NCBI GenBank assembly: GCA_963827235.1
Contig: CAWHAE010000018.1
Location: 192,001 to 256,000 of the forward strand
Length of the DNA stretch: 64,000 nt
Direction: 5' to 3'
DNA from: an uncultured bacterium
GTDB taxonomy: Bacteria; Chloroflexota; UBA5177; JANWHV01
This document shows positions 21,801 through 30,477 of this stretch, piece by piece. Position numbers and translations under genes: made by a program. The first letter of the stretch is position 1, and the number at the start of each line of letters is the position of its first letter. Below the pieces are notes generated by a model. The model was not told the origin of the DNA and did not search any database. It was given only the letters and a program-made list of their open reading frames with translations.

Positions 21801-23047
21801 CCTACCTCTCGAGCGGCGGCACGACCGAGCTGTCCAGCGCGCAGTATAGCCACGACGGCGGCTACATCATCACGGCCGGTGTCGATGGAGTAGCTCGCAT
21901 CTTCAGCACGGAAGGCGGATTCGCGCTGGCCTATCTGCGCGCGCCTACCGGGTCCGTCAACTCCGCGGTGTTCAGTCCCGACGACAGCTCCGTGCTCACG
22001 GCCAACGACGACGGGAACGCACGCATCTGGGACGTGGGTGCCGGACGGCTGCTGGCACATGCCCCGGCCGGAGTGGTGATCTTTTCCATCGCATCCAGCC
22101 CGGACGGCCGGCAGATCGCGGTCGCGGCGAGCGATGGCTTGGCCCGCGTGGTCGACGCGCAGAGCGGACGAGTGCTCGAGATACTGCACGGCCAGCGGGG
22201 AGCCCTGTACTCCGTGGCATTCAGCCCCGACGGCAGAATGCTGGCCACATCGGGCGCGGACGGCTCGACCTGGATCTGGAGCGCGGCCACCTGGCGCGTC
22301 GTCCGGGTGCTCGCCGGCCAAGGCAACGCCTACCACGCGAGCTTCAGCCCGGATTCCCGCCTCCTCTCCGTGGTGCGCGACAACGGCGTGGTGGCTGTCT
22401 GGGACGCGCGGAGCTGGCAGCAAGTCGCCATGGTGCGAGCCGACGGCGGCCAGACATCCAACGGACCGTTCGTCGTCTACGCTCAGGCATTCAGCCCGGA
22501 CGGGGCGTACCTCGCCCTGGCCGCCAACTGCGATCAAAACCTGGATTACGTCGTCCAGGTATGGTCGACTCGGACCTGGCGGATGGTGAGAACGCTGCCC
22601 TCCGGCTCCTGGTTCGTGGAGGACGTCGCTTTCAGTCCCGATGGTAAGTACCTGGCCAGTGCCGGCGCCGACAGCCGCATCCGCGTGTGGAGCTCCCATT
22701 CCTGGGCACCACTCTACACGCTGCTGGGGCACTCATCTGCCGTGTGGAGCACGGCATTCAGTCCCGACAGCCGCTGGCTCGTCTCGGCCAGCGCCGACGA
22801 CACGCTGCGCGTGTGGTCCGTCGACCGGTGGCGCGACGTCGCCGTGCTCTACGGGCACCAGGGCATCGGGCTGAGCGCCCGCTTCAGCCAGAACGGCACG
22901 GACATCATCTCCAGCGGCCGGGACGGCGCCGTGCGCATCCGCGCCTGCGACGTCTGCGTCCCGGCGGACAGGCTACTCCGGGTCGCTGCGCTGCACACGA
23001 CACGAGCGCTGAGCGAAGGCGAGCGGCGGCAGTACCTGCACGAGTAG
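18848..23047 (+). CDS. TIR domain + nSTAND1 NTPase + TM helix + WD40-repeat protein
   Basis: TIR (FDVFLSHNSRDK...WVHEEL); CPYRGLQTF...FFGR; Walker A GPSGSGKSS; Walker B LLVDQFEE; LPLLEHAL, HEALIRGWP; TM LFSLGLAVVVVCALVAALVAI; about 14 GH...FSPDG...WD repeats. Confidence 0.93.
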   Translation: MNESRFDVFLSHNSRDKPAVERLAVKLKTAGLEPWLDAWCLTPGGRWQEELVAGLRDCAACAVFVGPHGLGDWVHEELGVALDRAAKDRSFRLFLVLLPGLAEPFDATTLPPFLSTRTWVDLRPGIEDGRAFQHLVNAIKGVPFGQRVPSEPNTDVCPYRGLQTFDEEHAGNFFGRDNDVQRLVEKLKISHFLAVLGPSGSGKSSLVRAGLIPALRRGALPGSDDWPLCVFAPGAYPLTALVAQVSRLFEHTSMHRTLDEMDADARTLHLSAALALSDRPAGTRVVLLVDQFEEIFSLCTDERERAQFLANLLYAASVPDGRCIVLVTLRADFYPKCSAYPDLSARISAQQFLVSPLEPDGLRRVIEEPAWHAGLEFEQGLVDTILADVARQPGALPLLEHALLELWERRLGRMLTLEGYRQSGGVQGAIAKRADTIFGSFTPDQQAVARRTLLRLTQPGEGTEDTRRRAALDELVTRTQTGASVDTVIQAMVEARLLTTSEDEPTHRHMVEVSHEALIRGWPQLRSWIEEDRNGLRVQRHLTEAALEWERLERDDGALHRGARLATALEWRAQHEDSLNELERAFLDAGLSLKEREEAAERERQRRDLEAAQRLAASESRRARVARLFSLGLAVVVVCALVAALVAIQQRSDARNAQQRATTAQLLAEQQRNQAQAARNVALSRELAADSLAQLNVDPQLSLLLASAAERTAATAEATDALRLAIGQPYPREVLRGHAAAIRQAVYSSDGRYVATAADDHTARLFDAQTGAVLEVLRGHGAAVTAVAFNHGGTELATTSADHTARLWAVPSGRLIAVLRGDTDEVVSAAFSPDDRALVTASSDDTARVWDARTGALLHLLSGHTDQLWTAVYSPNGRYIATASDDTTARLWDAATGRLVSTLAGHTDDVDDVTFSPDGKYLATASWDKTARVWAVPGGRPVAILKGAISDVNSVAFSPDGVDVLTAGQDGAARVYDARSGSIVAYLSSGGTTELSSAQYSHDGGYIITAGVDGVARIFSTEGGFALAYLRAPTGSVNSAVFSPDDSSVLTANDDGNARIWDVGAGRLLAHAPAGVVIFSIASSPDGRQIAVAASDGLARVVDAQSGRVLEILHGQRGALYSVAFSPDGRMLATSGADGSTWIWSAATWRVVRVLAGQGNAYHASFSPDSRLLSVVRDNGVVAVWDARSWQQVAMVRADGGQTSNGPFVVYAQAFSPDGAYLALAANCDQNLDYVVQVWSTRTWRMVRTLPSGSWFVEDVAFSPDGKYLASAGADSRIRVWSSHSWAPLYTLLGHSSAVWSTAFSPDSRWLVSASADDTLRVWSVDRWRDVAVLYGHQGIGLSARFSQNGTDIISSGRDGAVRIRACDVCVPADRLLRVAALHTTRALSEGERRQYLHE

Positions 23048-23053
23048 CTCAGC

Positions 23054-26000
23054 TCACGGCGATACCAGCCCAGGCTCCAGCTCCGCGGCCGCGCCGTGCC
23101 CGTTGACCTGGGTAAGTGGGCGAGCGGCGAGGTACCGGTAGAGAGCCAGGCGCGCCTCAACGTCCTCTTCGGCCTCCGCCAGGCAGCGCCTGGCTTGCTC
23201 GGGATCGGCATGCGCTAGCAGCTTGAAGCGATTCTCCGCGTACATGTATTGCTTTAGCGAGATCTTGGGCGCCCTCGAGTCGAGGAGCAAGGGGTTGCCA
23301 CCGGCCCTGGCTAGTTCCGGATTGTAACGGTAGAGCAGCCATTGCCCGGACTCCACGGCCGCCTTCTGCTGCTGCATGCCCAGGCCCATGTCCGCGATGC
23401 CGTGCGCGATGCAGTGGGCGTAGGCGATGATCAGGGCAGGGCCGTCGTATGCCTCGGCCTCGATGAACGACTTCAGCGTATGCTCGTCCCGTCCGCCCAT
23501 GGCGACGCTGGCCACGTAGACGTTGCCGTAGGTCATGGCCATCAGGCCGAGGTCCTTCTTTCGTCCCTGTTTCCCACCCGAGGCGAACTTCGCCACCGCC
23601 CCAAGCGGCGTCGCCTTCGAGCGCTGGCCGCCCGTGTTAGAGTACACCTCCGTGTCCAGCACCAAAACTTTGACGTTCTCGCCGCTGGCCAGCACGTGAT
23701 CGAGGCCGCCGTAGCCGATGTCGTACGCCCAACCGTCGCCGCCCACGATCCATACGCTCCGCCTGACCAGCATGTCGGAGACATCCAGCAGGTGCCGCGC
23801 CTCCGGCTCGTCGAGGCCGGCCAAGCACGCCTTGAGCGTCGCGACGCGCGCTCTCTGCGCCGCAATTGCCGTTTCGTCTCGCTGGTCCGCCTCCAGGATG
23901 CCCCCTGCCAGGCCTTCCCCGACCGCGGGCGCCAGCCGGCGGAGCAGCTGCTCGGCGAGCTGTCGCTGCTTATCGATCGCCACGCGGAAGCCCAGACCGA
24001 ACTCGGCGTTGTCTTCGAACAGCGAGTTTGCCCAGGCCGGTCCGCGCCCGGCAGCGTCGGTCGTCCACGGCGACGTGGGCAGGTTACCGCCGAATACCGA
24101 CGAGCAACCGGAGGCATTCGCGATCAGCAGGCGATCGCCGAACAGCTGCGTGAGCAGCTTGACGTAGGGCGTCTCTCCGCAACCGGCGCAGGCGCCGGAG
24201 AACTCGAACAGCGGCTGCTGCAGCTGCTGCTGGCGAATGTTCGTATTGGTGATTTGCAGCCGATCTGCTTCCGGGAGCTGCTCGAAGAACTGCCAGTTCT
24301 CCCGCTCCAGGGTGCGCAGCGGCGGGTACGGCTGCAGGTGCAGAGCCTTGAGCGAGGTCTCGGATTTGCTCCTGGCCGGGCAGACGTCGACGCAAACGCC
24401 GCACCCGTTGCAGTCCTCGGGTGCCACCTGAATGGTGTACCGCCGGCCCTGGAATGCCTTGTCGTGGAAGTCCATGCTCCTGAACGTGACCGGAGCATCG
24501 GCAAGCATGGCAGGAGCGTATGCCTTGGCGCGAATGGCGGCGTGCGGGCACACCATGGCGCACTTGCCGCACTGGATACAAATGGCGGGCTCCCAGACGG
24601 GTATCTCCAGCGCCAGGCTGCGCTTTTCCCATTTGGCAGTGCCGACCGGGTACGTGCCGTCCAGCGGCAGCCGGCTGACCGGCAACGCATCGCCGCGCCC
24701 GGCGATCATCTCGCCAAGCACCTCGCGCACGAAGCGTGGCGCCCCGGCGGGCACCGGTTCCCCGTCCTCGGCGACCTTGCCCACGGAGAGCGGCACCTGT
24801 ACGGCATGCAGGCCGGCCAGCGTGGCGTCGACGCAGGCCAGGTCCATCTTGACGATGTCGTCGCCTTGCCGGCTGTAAGTCTTCACCACCGACCGCTTGA
24901 TGGCCTCGATCGCCTGCTCGCGCGGGAGCAGACCGGAAAGAGCGAAGAAGCAGGTCTGCATCACGACGTTGATGCGACCGTGCAAGCCGGCGCTGCGTGC
25001 AATCGCCACCGCGTCGATCGCGTAGAACTTCAGCTTCTTCCGCACCAGCGTCTCTTGCACGCGATGCGGCAGGTGCTGCCAGATGGTATCAGGCCCATGG
25101 GGTGAGTTCAGCAGGAACGTACCCCCCGGCACGATCTGCCCCAGCAGCTCGTGCCGCTCCAGGAAGGCCGGCTGATGGCACGCCACGAAATCGGCTCGAT
25201 CGATCAGGTAGGTCGACCGGATGGGCGCGTTGCCGACGCGCAGGTGTGAGACTGTGAGCGTGCCCGATTTCTTTGGATCGTAGACGAAGTAGCCCTGCGC
25301 GAACTGGCTCGACTCCGCGCCCACGATCTTGATCGAGCTCTTGTTGGCGCTCACCGTGCCGTCGGAGCCCAGGCCGAAGAACAGGGCGCGCATGACGCCT
25401 TCGGGCTCGACCGAAAAGCGCGTGTCGTATGGCAGGCTGGTGCCGGTGACGTCGTCGTCGATGCCCACCGTGAAGTGGTTCTTCGGGTCCGAGTGGGCAA
25501 GGTTGTCGAATACCGCCTTCACCATGGCCGGAGTGAACTCCTTGGAGCCCAGGCCGTAGCGGCCTCCGACTACGACCGGCACGCCCACCCGTGTGCTCCA
25601 TGCGCAGCCCAGGCTCTCGTGCAGTGCCGCCACGCAATCCAGATACAGCGGCTCGCCGGCCGCGCCCGGCTCCTTGGTGCGATCGAGAACGCCGACCGCT
25701 CGAGTCGTGGCCGGAAGCGCCTCCACGAAGCGCCGGCAGTCGAACGGGCGATAGAGGTGGACGCGAACCATGCCGACCTTCTCCCCGCGCGCCACGAGGT
25801 ACTCGACGGTCTCCTGTGCCGCCTCGGCGCCCGATCCCATCAGCACGATCACCCGCTCGGCATCGCATGCGCCGGTGTAGTCGAACAGGCCGTACTGCCG
25901 GCCCGTCAGCGCAGCGAAACGATCCATCGCGCCCTGCACGAGGCCCGGAGCACGCGCGAAGCAGGCATTTGCCGCCTCTCGACTCTGGAAATAGACGTCT

Positions 26001-26665
26001 GGGTTTTGCACGGTGCCGCGCACCACGGGATGGTCCGGCGAAAGCGCCCGCCGGCGGTGTTCGAGCACCTGGGCATCGTCGATCATCGCATCCAAGTGTG
26101 CGGCCTCCAGCGGCACGATGGTATTCACCTCGTGCGAGGTCCTGAAGCCATCCATGAAATGAAGGAACGGTATGCGGGATTCCAGCGTGGCGGCGTGAGC
26201 GATCAGCGCCAGATCCTGCGCTTCCTGGACCGAGCCCGAGCTCAGCATCGCCCAGCCGGTCGAGCGGGTAGACATGACGTCCCCGTGATCGCAAAACATG
26301 GTGATCGCGTGCGTGGCCACGGAGCGGGCGGCGACGTGGACGACCGCCGGCAGCAGCTCGCCGGCTATCTTGAACATGTTGGGGATCATCAGCAGGAGTC
26401 CCTGCGAGGACGTGAAGCTGGTGGCAAGCGCACCCGTCTGTAGCGCGCCGTGTAGTGCCCCCGCCACGCCGCCCTCGCTCTGCATCTCCAGCACCGACGG
26501 CACTACGCCCCACAGGTTTGCCAGGCCTTTGGCCGCCTGCTCGTCCGCCCACTCGCCCATGGGTGAGGCCGGCGTGATGGGATAGATAGCTATCACGTCG
26601 CTCAACCTGTACGCCACGTTCGCGATCGCTTCGTTGCCATCCAGGGGTACCACGCGCGCCTTCAT
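23054..26665 (-). CDS. nifJ: Pyruvate:ferredoxin (flavodoxin) oxidoreductase, homodimeric type
   Basis: DGNEA, YPITP, MQSEGG, FMDGFRTSHE, GLGSDGTV, two CxxCxxCxxxCP motifs, FSGACAGCGE, GGDGWAYDIG, YSNTGGQ. Confidence 0.97.
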   Translation of the reverse strand: MKARVVPLDGNEAIANVAYRLSDVIAIYPITPASPMGEWADEQAAKGLANLWGVVPSVLEMQSEGGVAGALHGALQTGALATSFTSSQGLLLMIPNMFKIAGELLPAVVHVAARSVATHAITMFCDHGDVMSTRSTGWAMLSSGSVQEAQDLALIAHAATLESRIPFLHFMDGFRTSHEVNTIVPLEAAHLDAMIDDAQVLEHRRRALSPDHPVVRGTVQNPDVYFQSREAANACFARAPGLVQGAMDRFAALTGRQYGLFDYTGACDAERVIVLMGSGAEAAQETVEYLVARGEKVGMVRVHLYRPFDCRRFVEALPATTRAVGVLDRTKEPGAAGEPLYLDCVAALHESLGCAWSTRVGVPVVVGGRYGLGSKEFTPAMVKAVFDNLAHSDPKNHFTVGIDDDVTGTSLPYDTRFSVEPEGVMRALFFGLGSDGTVSANKSSIKIVGAESSQFAQGYFVYDPKKSGTLTVSHLRVGNAPIRSTYLIDRADFVACHQPAFLERHELLGQIVPGGTFLLNSPHGPDTIWQHLPHRVQETLVRKKLKFYAIDAVAIARSAGLHGRINVVMQTCFFALSGLLPREQAIEAIKRSVVKTYSRQGDDIVKMDLACVDATLAGLHAVQVPLSVGKVAEDGEPVPAGAPRFVREVLGEMIAGRGDALPVSRLPLDGTYPVGTAKWEKRSLALEIPVWEPAICIQCGKCAMVCPHAAIRAKAYAPAMLADAPVTFRSMDFHDKAFQGRRYTIQVAPEDCNGCGVCVDVCPARSKSETSLKALHLQPYPPLRTLERENWQFFEQLPEADRLQITNTNIRQQQLQQPLFEFSGACAGCGETPYVKLLTQLFGDRLLIANASGCSSVFGGNLPTSPWTTDAAGRGPAWANSLFEDNAEFGLGFRVAIDKQRQLAEQLLRRLAPAVGEGLAGGILEADQRDETAIAAQRARVATLKACLAGLDEPEARHLLDVSDMLVRRSVWIVGGDGWAYDIGYGGLDHVLASGENVKVLVLDTEVYSNTGGQRSKATPLGAVAKFASGGKQGRKKDLGLMAMTYGNVYVASVAMGGRDEHTLKSFIEAEAYDGPALIIAYAHCIAHGIADMGLGMQQQKAAVESGQWLLYRYNPELARAGGNPLLLDSRAPKISLKQYMYAENRFKLLAHADPEQARRCLAEAEEDVEARLALYRYLAARPLTQVNGHGAAAELEPGLVSP

Positions 26666-26939
26666 TGGTTCGCCTCCCTTGGGCCATCACGGGCTCGATG
26701 TATCTCGACCGGCACCGCCATGCCTGTCTCCGTACGGACCCTGCTGCCCCGATCGTAGCACCGGCTTTGCCACGCTACCGTTGCGGAACGGGTCCATTTT
26801 GGGGACCAATAGTCAGCGTTACGTCGGGTAGCGTGCCTGCCCCGATCCGGGCGCTCCTCCGGCCACACGCCCCGATCTTCTGGGACGCCCGGCGTCCGCT
26901 CGAGCCCAGCTAGGGCCGATCGACTGAGCCGATCGCAGG

Positions 26940-26968
26940 TTGACACTGATCCAGCCCCGGCGTAGGAT
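26940..26968 (+). promoter_or_regulatory. Sigma70-type promoter upstream of gdhA
   Basis: TTGACA (26940-26945), 17-nt spacer, TAGGAT (26963-26968). Confidence 0.6.
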
Positions 26969-27308
26969 GCGGATTGGTGGACTGTTTCCCGTGGTCCGTG
27001 CCGCGCCCGTGACGGCTGTGAGAGGAAAAGGGGGTAGAGGCTCAGGTTTCGAGTTGGGAGCGTGCTTCCCATATCCTGGGAACGCTGCCGCGCGGGCACT
27101 CGGCGACGACATGCCGTGCCCGTGACCGGCGAGGCCTATGGCCGGAGTCGTCCAGTACTCCGGCGCCTCCGAACCGTGTGAGCGGCAGTCGATTCCGGAC
27201 CAAGCATCCTCGGTGTTGCGGATGATCGGCGCGCCCACAGAGTGGTGGGTGTCATCCTCGTGCGTGGGCGTGTGGCCCAGCGAGTTGCGCCTGGTTAGGA
27301 GTTTGCGC

Positions 27309-28598
27309 GTGGAAACGACGAGTGCCTGGGCGAAAGCCCTTCGACAGGTCCAGGACGCTGCTACCCTCACGACGGTGGACCCCCTCCTTCTCGCGTCGTT
27401 GATGGTGCCCGAGCGCACGGTCGAGGTATCGCTGCCGTTGCGCCGCGATTCCGGCGAGAATGTCGTCTTCTCCGGCTACCGTGTGCAGCACAACAACCTC
27501 CGCGGGCCGTACAAGGGCGGGCTGCGCTTCCATCAGAACGTCAGTATGGACGAGGTCAAGGCTCTCGCCCTGTGGATGACGATCAAGTGCGCGGTGATCG
27601 ACATTCCCATGGGCGGCGGCAAGGGCGGCATCGCCGTGGATCCCAAACAGCTCTCGCTGTCCGAGCTCGAGCAGCTCACCAGGCTATTCACCAGGCGGAT
27701 CGCCGACGTCATCGGCCCGCTGAAGGACGTTCCCGCGCCCGACGTGAACACGAACGCGCAGGTGATGGGCTGGATCAAGGACGAGTATGGCAAGCTCGTG
27801 GGCCGTCCCGCGCCGGCGGTGGTGACCGGCAAGGCCCTGGCCGACGGCGGCTCGGAGGGCCGGAACGAGGCCACTGCCCTCGGAGGCCTCTACGCCCTGC
27901 TCGCCTACATGAGATCGCGCCGTGAAGTGCCCGCCGGCATGACCGTGGCCGTGCAAGGCTACGGCAATGCCGGGCGCATTGCCGCCAGGCTGCTCGCCGA
28001 GCAGGGCTGCCGCGTGGTCGCGGTATCCGATTCGCGCGGCGGTTGCTACTATCCTGTCGGCATCCCTGACATGGCCGCCGTCGAGCACGTCAAGGACACG
28101 GCGGGAACGGTCAGGGGCGCAATCGGACAGGAAATCAACTCCGACGACGTGCTGACGCTGCCGGTCGACCTCCTTGTCCCCGCTGCCCTTGAGGATTGCC
28201 TGACGGGCGAGATTGCCGAGAACGTCAAGGCGAGCATCGTGCTCGAACTGGCAAACGGCCCGACGACGCTGGACGCGGACGCCATTCTGAGGCGCAAAGG
28301 CGTGGCGGTGCTGCCCGACGTGCTGGCCAATGCCGGCGGCGTGGCGGTCAGCTACTTCGAGTGGTATCAGAATCTCCACGACGAGCGCTGGACCGCCGAA
28401 GAGGTGCACGACAAGCTGCGCGAAAAGATGGACGCGGCGGTGGCACGGGTGATGCACACGTGCGAAAGCTACCACCCCAGCCTCAGGCAGGCAGCCTACG
28501 TGGTAGCGCTCGACAGCCTGCAGGCCCGCTGGGCATCTCAGACGAGCCGGCAGGCGCCTTCTGAAGCGCGCGACGCGATGCTGGCCGGGGTGCGCTGA
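27309..28598 (+). CDS. gdhA: Glutamate dehydrogenase (Glu/Leu/Phe/Val dehydrogenase family)
   Basis: GPYKGGLRF, GGGKGG, DVPAPDVNT, VVTGK, QGYGNAG, ELANGPTT, NAGGVAVSYFE (Glu-type Lys and Ser); AGGAG RBS before GTG 27309. Confidence 0.93.
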   Translation: METTSAWAKALRQVQDAATLTTVDPLLLASLMVPERTVEVSLPLRRDSGENVVFSGYRVQHNNLRGPYKGGLRFHQNVSMDEVKALALWMTIKCAVIDIPMGGGKGGIAVDPKQLSLSELEQLTRLFTRRIADVIGPLKDVPAPDVNTNAQVMGWIKDEYGKLVGRPAPAVVTGKALADGGSEGRNEATALGGLYALLAYMRSRREVPAGMTVAVQGYGNAGRIAARLLAEQGCRVVAVSDSRGGCYYPVGIPDMAAVEHVKDTAGTVRGAIGQEINSDDVLTLPVDLLVPAALEDCLTGEIAENVKASIVLELANGPTTLDADAILRRKGVAVLPDVLANAGGVAVSYFEWYQNLHDERWTAEEVHDKLREKMDAAVARVMHTCESYHPSLRQAAYVVALDSLQARWASQTSRQAPSEARDAMLAGVR

Positions 28599-28730
28599 CC
28601 ACGTTGCCGCTGGCACGCCGGACAACCGTGCCTCCCTGCCTAGTCGGCCGGCGCAGGGTCCTACACCTATAGCGTGACAGACAGGTGGTCGGGTACTCGG
28701 AATGCCGGTAGCTCCACGAGGGCGATCCAC

Positions 28731-28767
28731 AGACGGGCGAAGGACTGCAGTCCTTCGCCCGTCTTTC
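28731..28767 (+). terminator. Perfect 34-bp palindrome followed by a short T run; likely terminator after gdhA
   Basis: AGACGGGCGAAGGACTG|CAGTCCTTCGCCCGTCT at 28731-28764, then TTC. Confidence 0.5.
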
Positions 28768-28960
28768 GTCATGTCTCTGTACTCGCCCCGCCCGATCAGG
28801 CTGCCGCACACCCGGTGCCCGAGTCCGGCGCTGCCGGTCGGGGCGTCGCCCCCCACCGATCAGTCCGCACTGTAACTCCATCCGTATATACGGGTGCGGA
28901 CGTGTGCAATGTGCTTCAGGTCGACGCCTGCGCTGCGATCTTGGGCTCGTGGAGGACACT

Positions 28961-29484
28961 GTGGGTGCTGAGAGGCCGATACCAGAGCATGTATCGATGG
29001 CTGGAGAGGCTCTGTACCGGTCGCATGTGCGGCCGATCTATGGCTTCATTTACAATAAGGTCGGCAACCGAGAGGCGGCGGAGGACCTGACGAGCGACGT
29101 CTTTCTCCGCGCTCTTACCAACATTGATCCCAATCGCGAAGAACGGAGCGTCGTCGCCTGGCTCTATCGCGTAGCCCGTAATCTCGTCAACGACTTCTGG
29201 CGCGATGGGCATGCAACGCACGTTATAGCCCTGGACGAGATGCGGCAACCGCGAAGCTCCCGAATCCGCCGGACCTGGCGCGCCAGGATCGGGCGGCGCA
29301 GCGGGCGGCCGAACTGCTCGGCAAGCTGCCCGAGAATTACCGCATGGTGCTGCAGTGCCGCCTGATCGATGGACTCAGCGTGGCCGAGACCGCCGAGCGG
29401 ATGGCGACTTCGCGGGCCAACGTCAAAGTGCTGCAGCACCGGGCGCTGAAACGGGCGGCGGAGCTTCGTGAAGACGACGAGTAA
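28961..29484 (+). CDS. ECF RNA polymerase sigma factor with one frameshift at ~29255-29265
   Basis: GGAGG RBS, GTG 28961; region 2 AEDLTSDVFLRAL...AWLYRVARN; region 4 in another frame LPENYRMVLQCRLIDGLSVAETAERM..SRANVKVLQHRALKR, ending TAA 29484. Confidence 0.85.
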
Positions 29485-29496
29485 GATGGACTGTAG

Positions 29497-30258
29497 ATGG
29501 ATAACAGCGTAGACCGCTTGTCAAAGATTATCGACGATCTGGCAGCCGAGCGCCGGCCGGATGGGATCGACAGCCTGTCCGCCGAGGATCTGGACCTGGC
29601 GCGGACCGCCGCCATGCTGCGATCGGCCGTCCCCGAACGGCTGCAGCCGAGCGATCAGTTCGTCGAGTCTCTCGGCGAGCGCCTGGCAAGCAGGGACAAG
29701 GCTGCCGCTCCTTCCCCCGCGACAGCGCCGGAGCGGGGCGTATCTCGCCGATCCGTGCTCTGGCGTGCCGCCGCCGCCGTGGCCGGCCTGGCGGCAGGCG
29801 GCACCGGACTGACCGTCGCCTACAAAGAGGGCCAGTCCGACGGCAGCAGCCATGAAGCCGCGAGCGAGCTGACCGCGCCCATGGTGCCCGAAGATCGCGG
29901 CAATTGGCAGCACACAGGCTACAGCGTCTCACAGGTGGTCGCCGGGTCCGCGGTGCGATTCCGTGCCGGCGCGCTGGAGGGATTCCTGGTCAACCCGGGC
30001 AACCGCCAGGAGATCTACGCGCTCTCGGCAGTCTGCACGCACATGGGCTGTATGCTGAGCTGGTTGAAGGACGCCGACACGTTCTTGTGCCCCTGTCACG
30101 GTGCGCAATACGACGCCGCCGGGACTGTGATCAGCGGCATTGCCCGCCACCCGCTGCCGCGTCTGCGCCTTCGGTCGGACACCGACGGCGACATCTACGT
30201 GTGGTCGGTCGACCAGAACCCGCAGATCAAGTCGATTGCCCCATACTCCAGGGCCTAG
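29497..30258 (+). CDS. Rieske [2Fe-2S] protein with N-terminal anti-sigma-like extension and Tat/TM segment
   Basis: CTHMGC and CPCHG Rieske boxes; SRRSVL followed by a hydrophobic stretch; ~80-aa N-terminus containing PSDQFVESLGERL; 12 nt downstream of the ECF gene. Confidence 0.85.
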   Translation: MDNSVDRLSKIIDDLAAERRPDGIDSLSAEDLDLARTAAMLRSAVPERLQPSDQFVESLGERLASRDKAAAPSPATAPERGVSRRSVLWRAAAAVAGLAAGGTGLTVAYKEGQSDGSSHEAASELTAPMVPEDRGNWQHTGYSVSQVVAGSAVRFRAGALEGFLVNPGNRQEIYALSAVCTHMGCMLSWLKDADTFLCPCHGAQYDAAGTVISGIARHPLPRLRLRSDTDGDIYVWSVDQNPQIKSIAPYSRA

Positions 30259-30477
30259 CGCGCCGCCGGTCCCGTCGATCGCCCTTTGGAACGGCCCGCG
30301 GCCGTGATCCCAAATGCGCGCGATCCCTAGACAAGGGGTAGGCACCCGTCGTATGATGCGTGTACCGTGATCACCCTCGGCGACGCGATGGTGCGTAGCT
30401 CCCACCTTGTTACTAACTCCCGTAGTGTGAGCCACACCGTTATCTGCCCTTCATCAGCGTTCGTAGGAGATGGGAAC

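Noticed and set aside
21040-22950. Regularly spaced TTCAGCCC(C/G)GA DNA repeats suggesting an array
   Set aside because: These are codons for the FSPD motif of WD40 repeats, not CRISPR or a non-coding repeat
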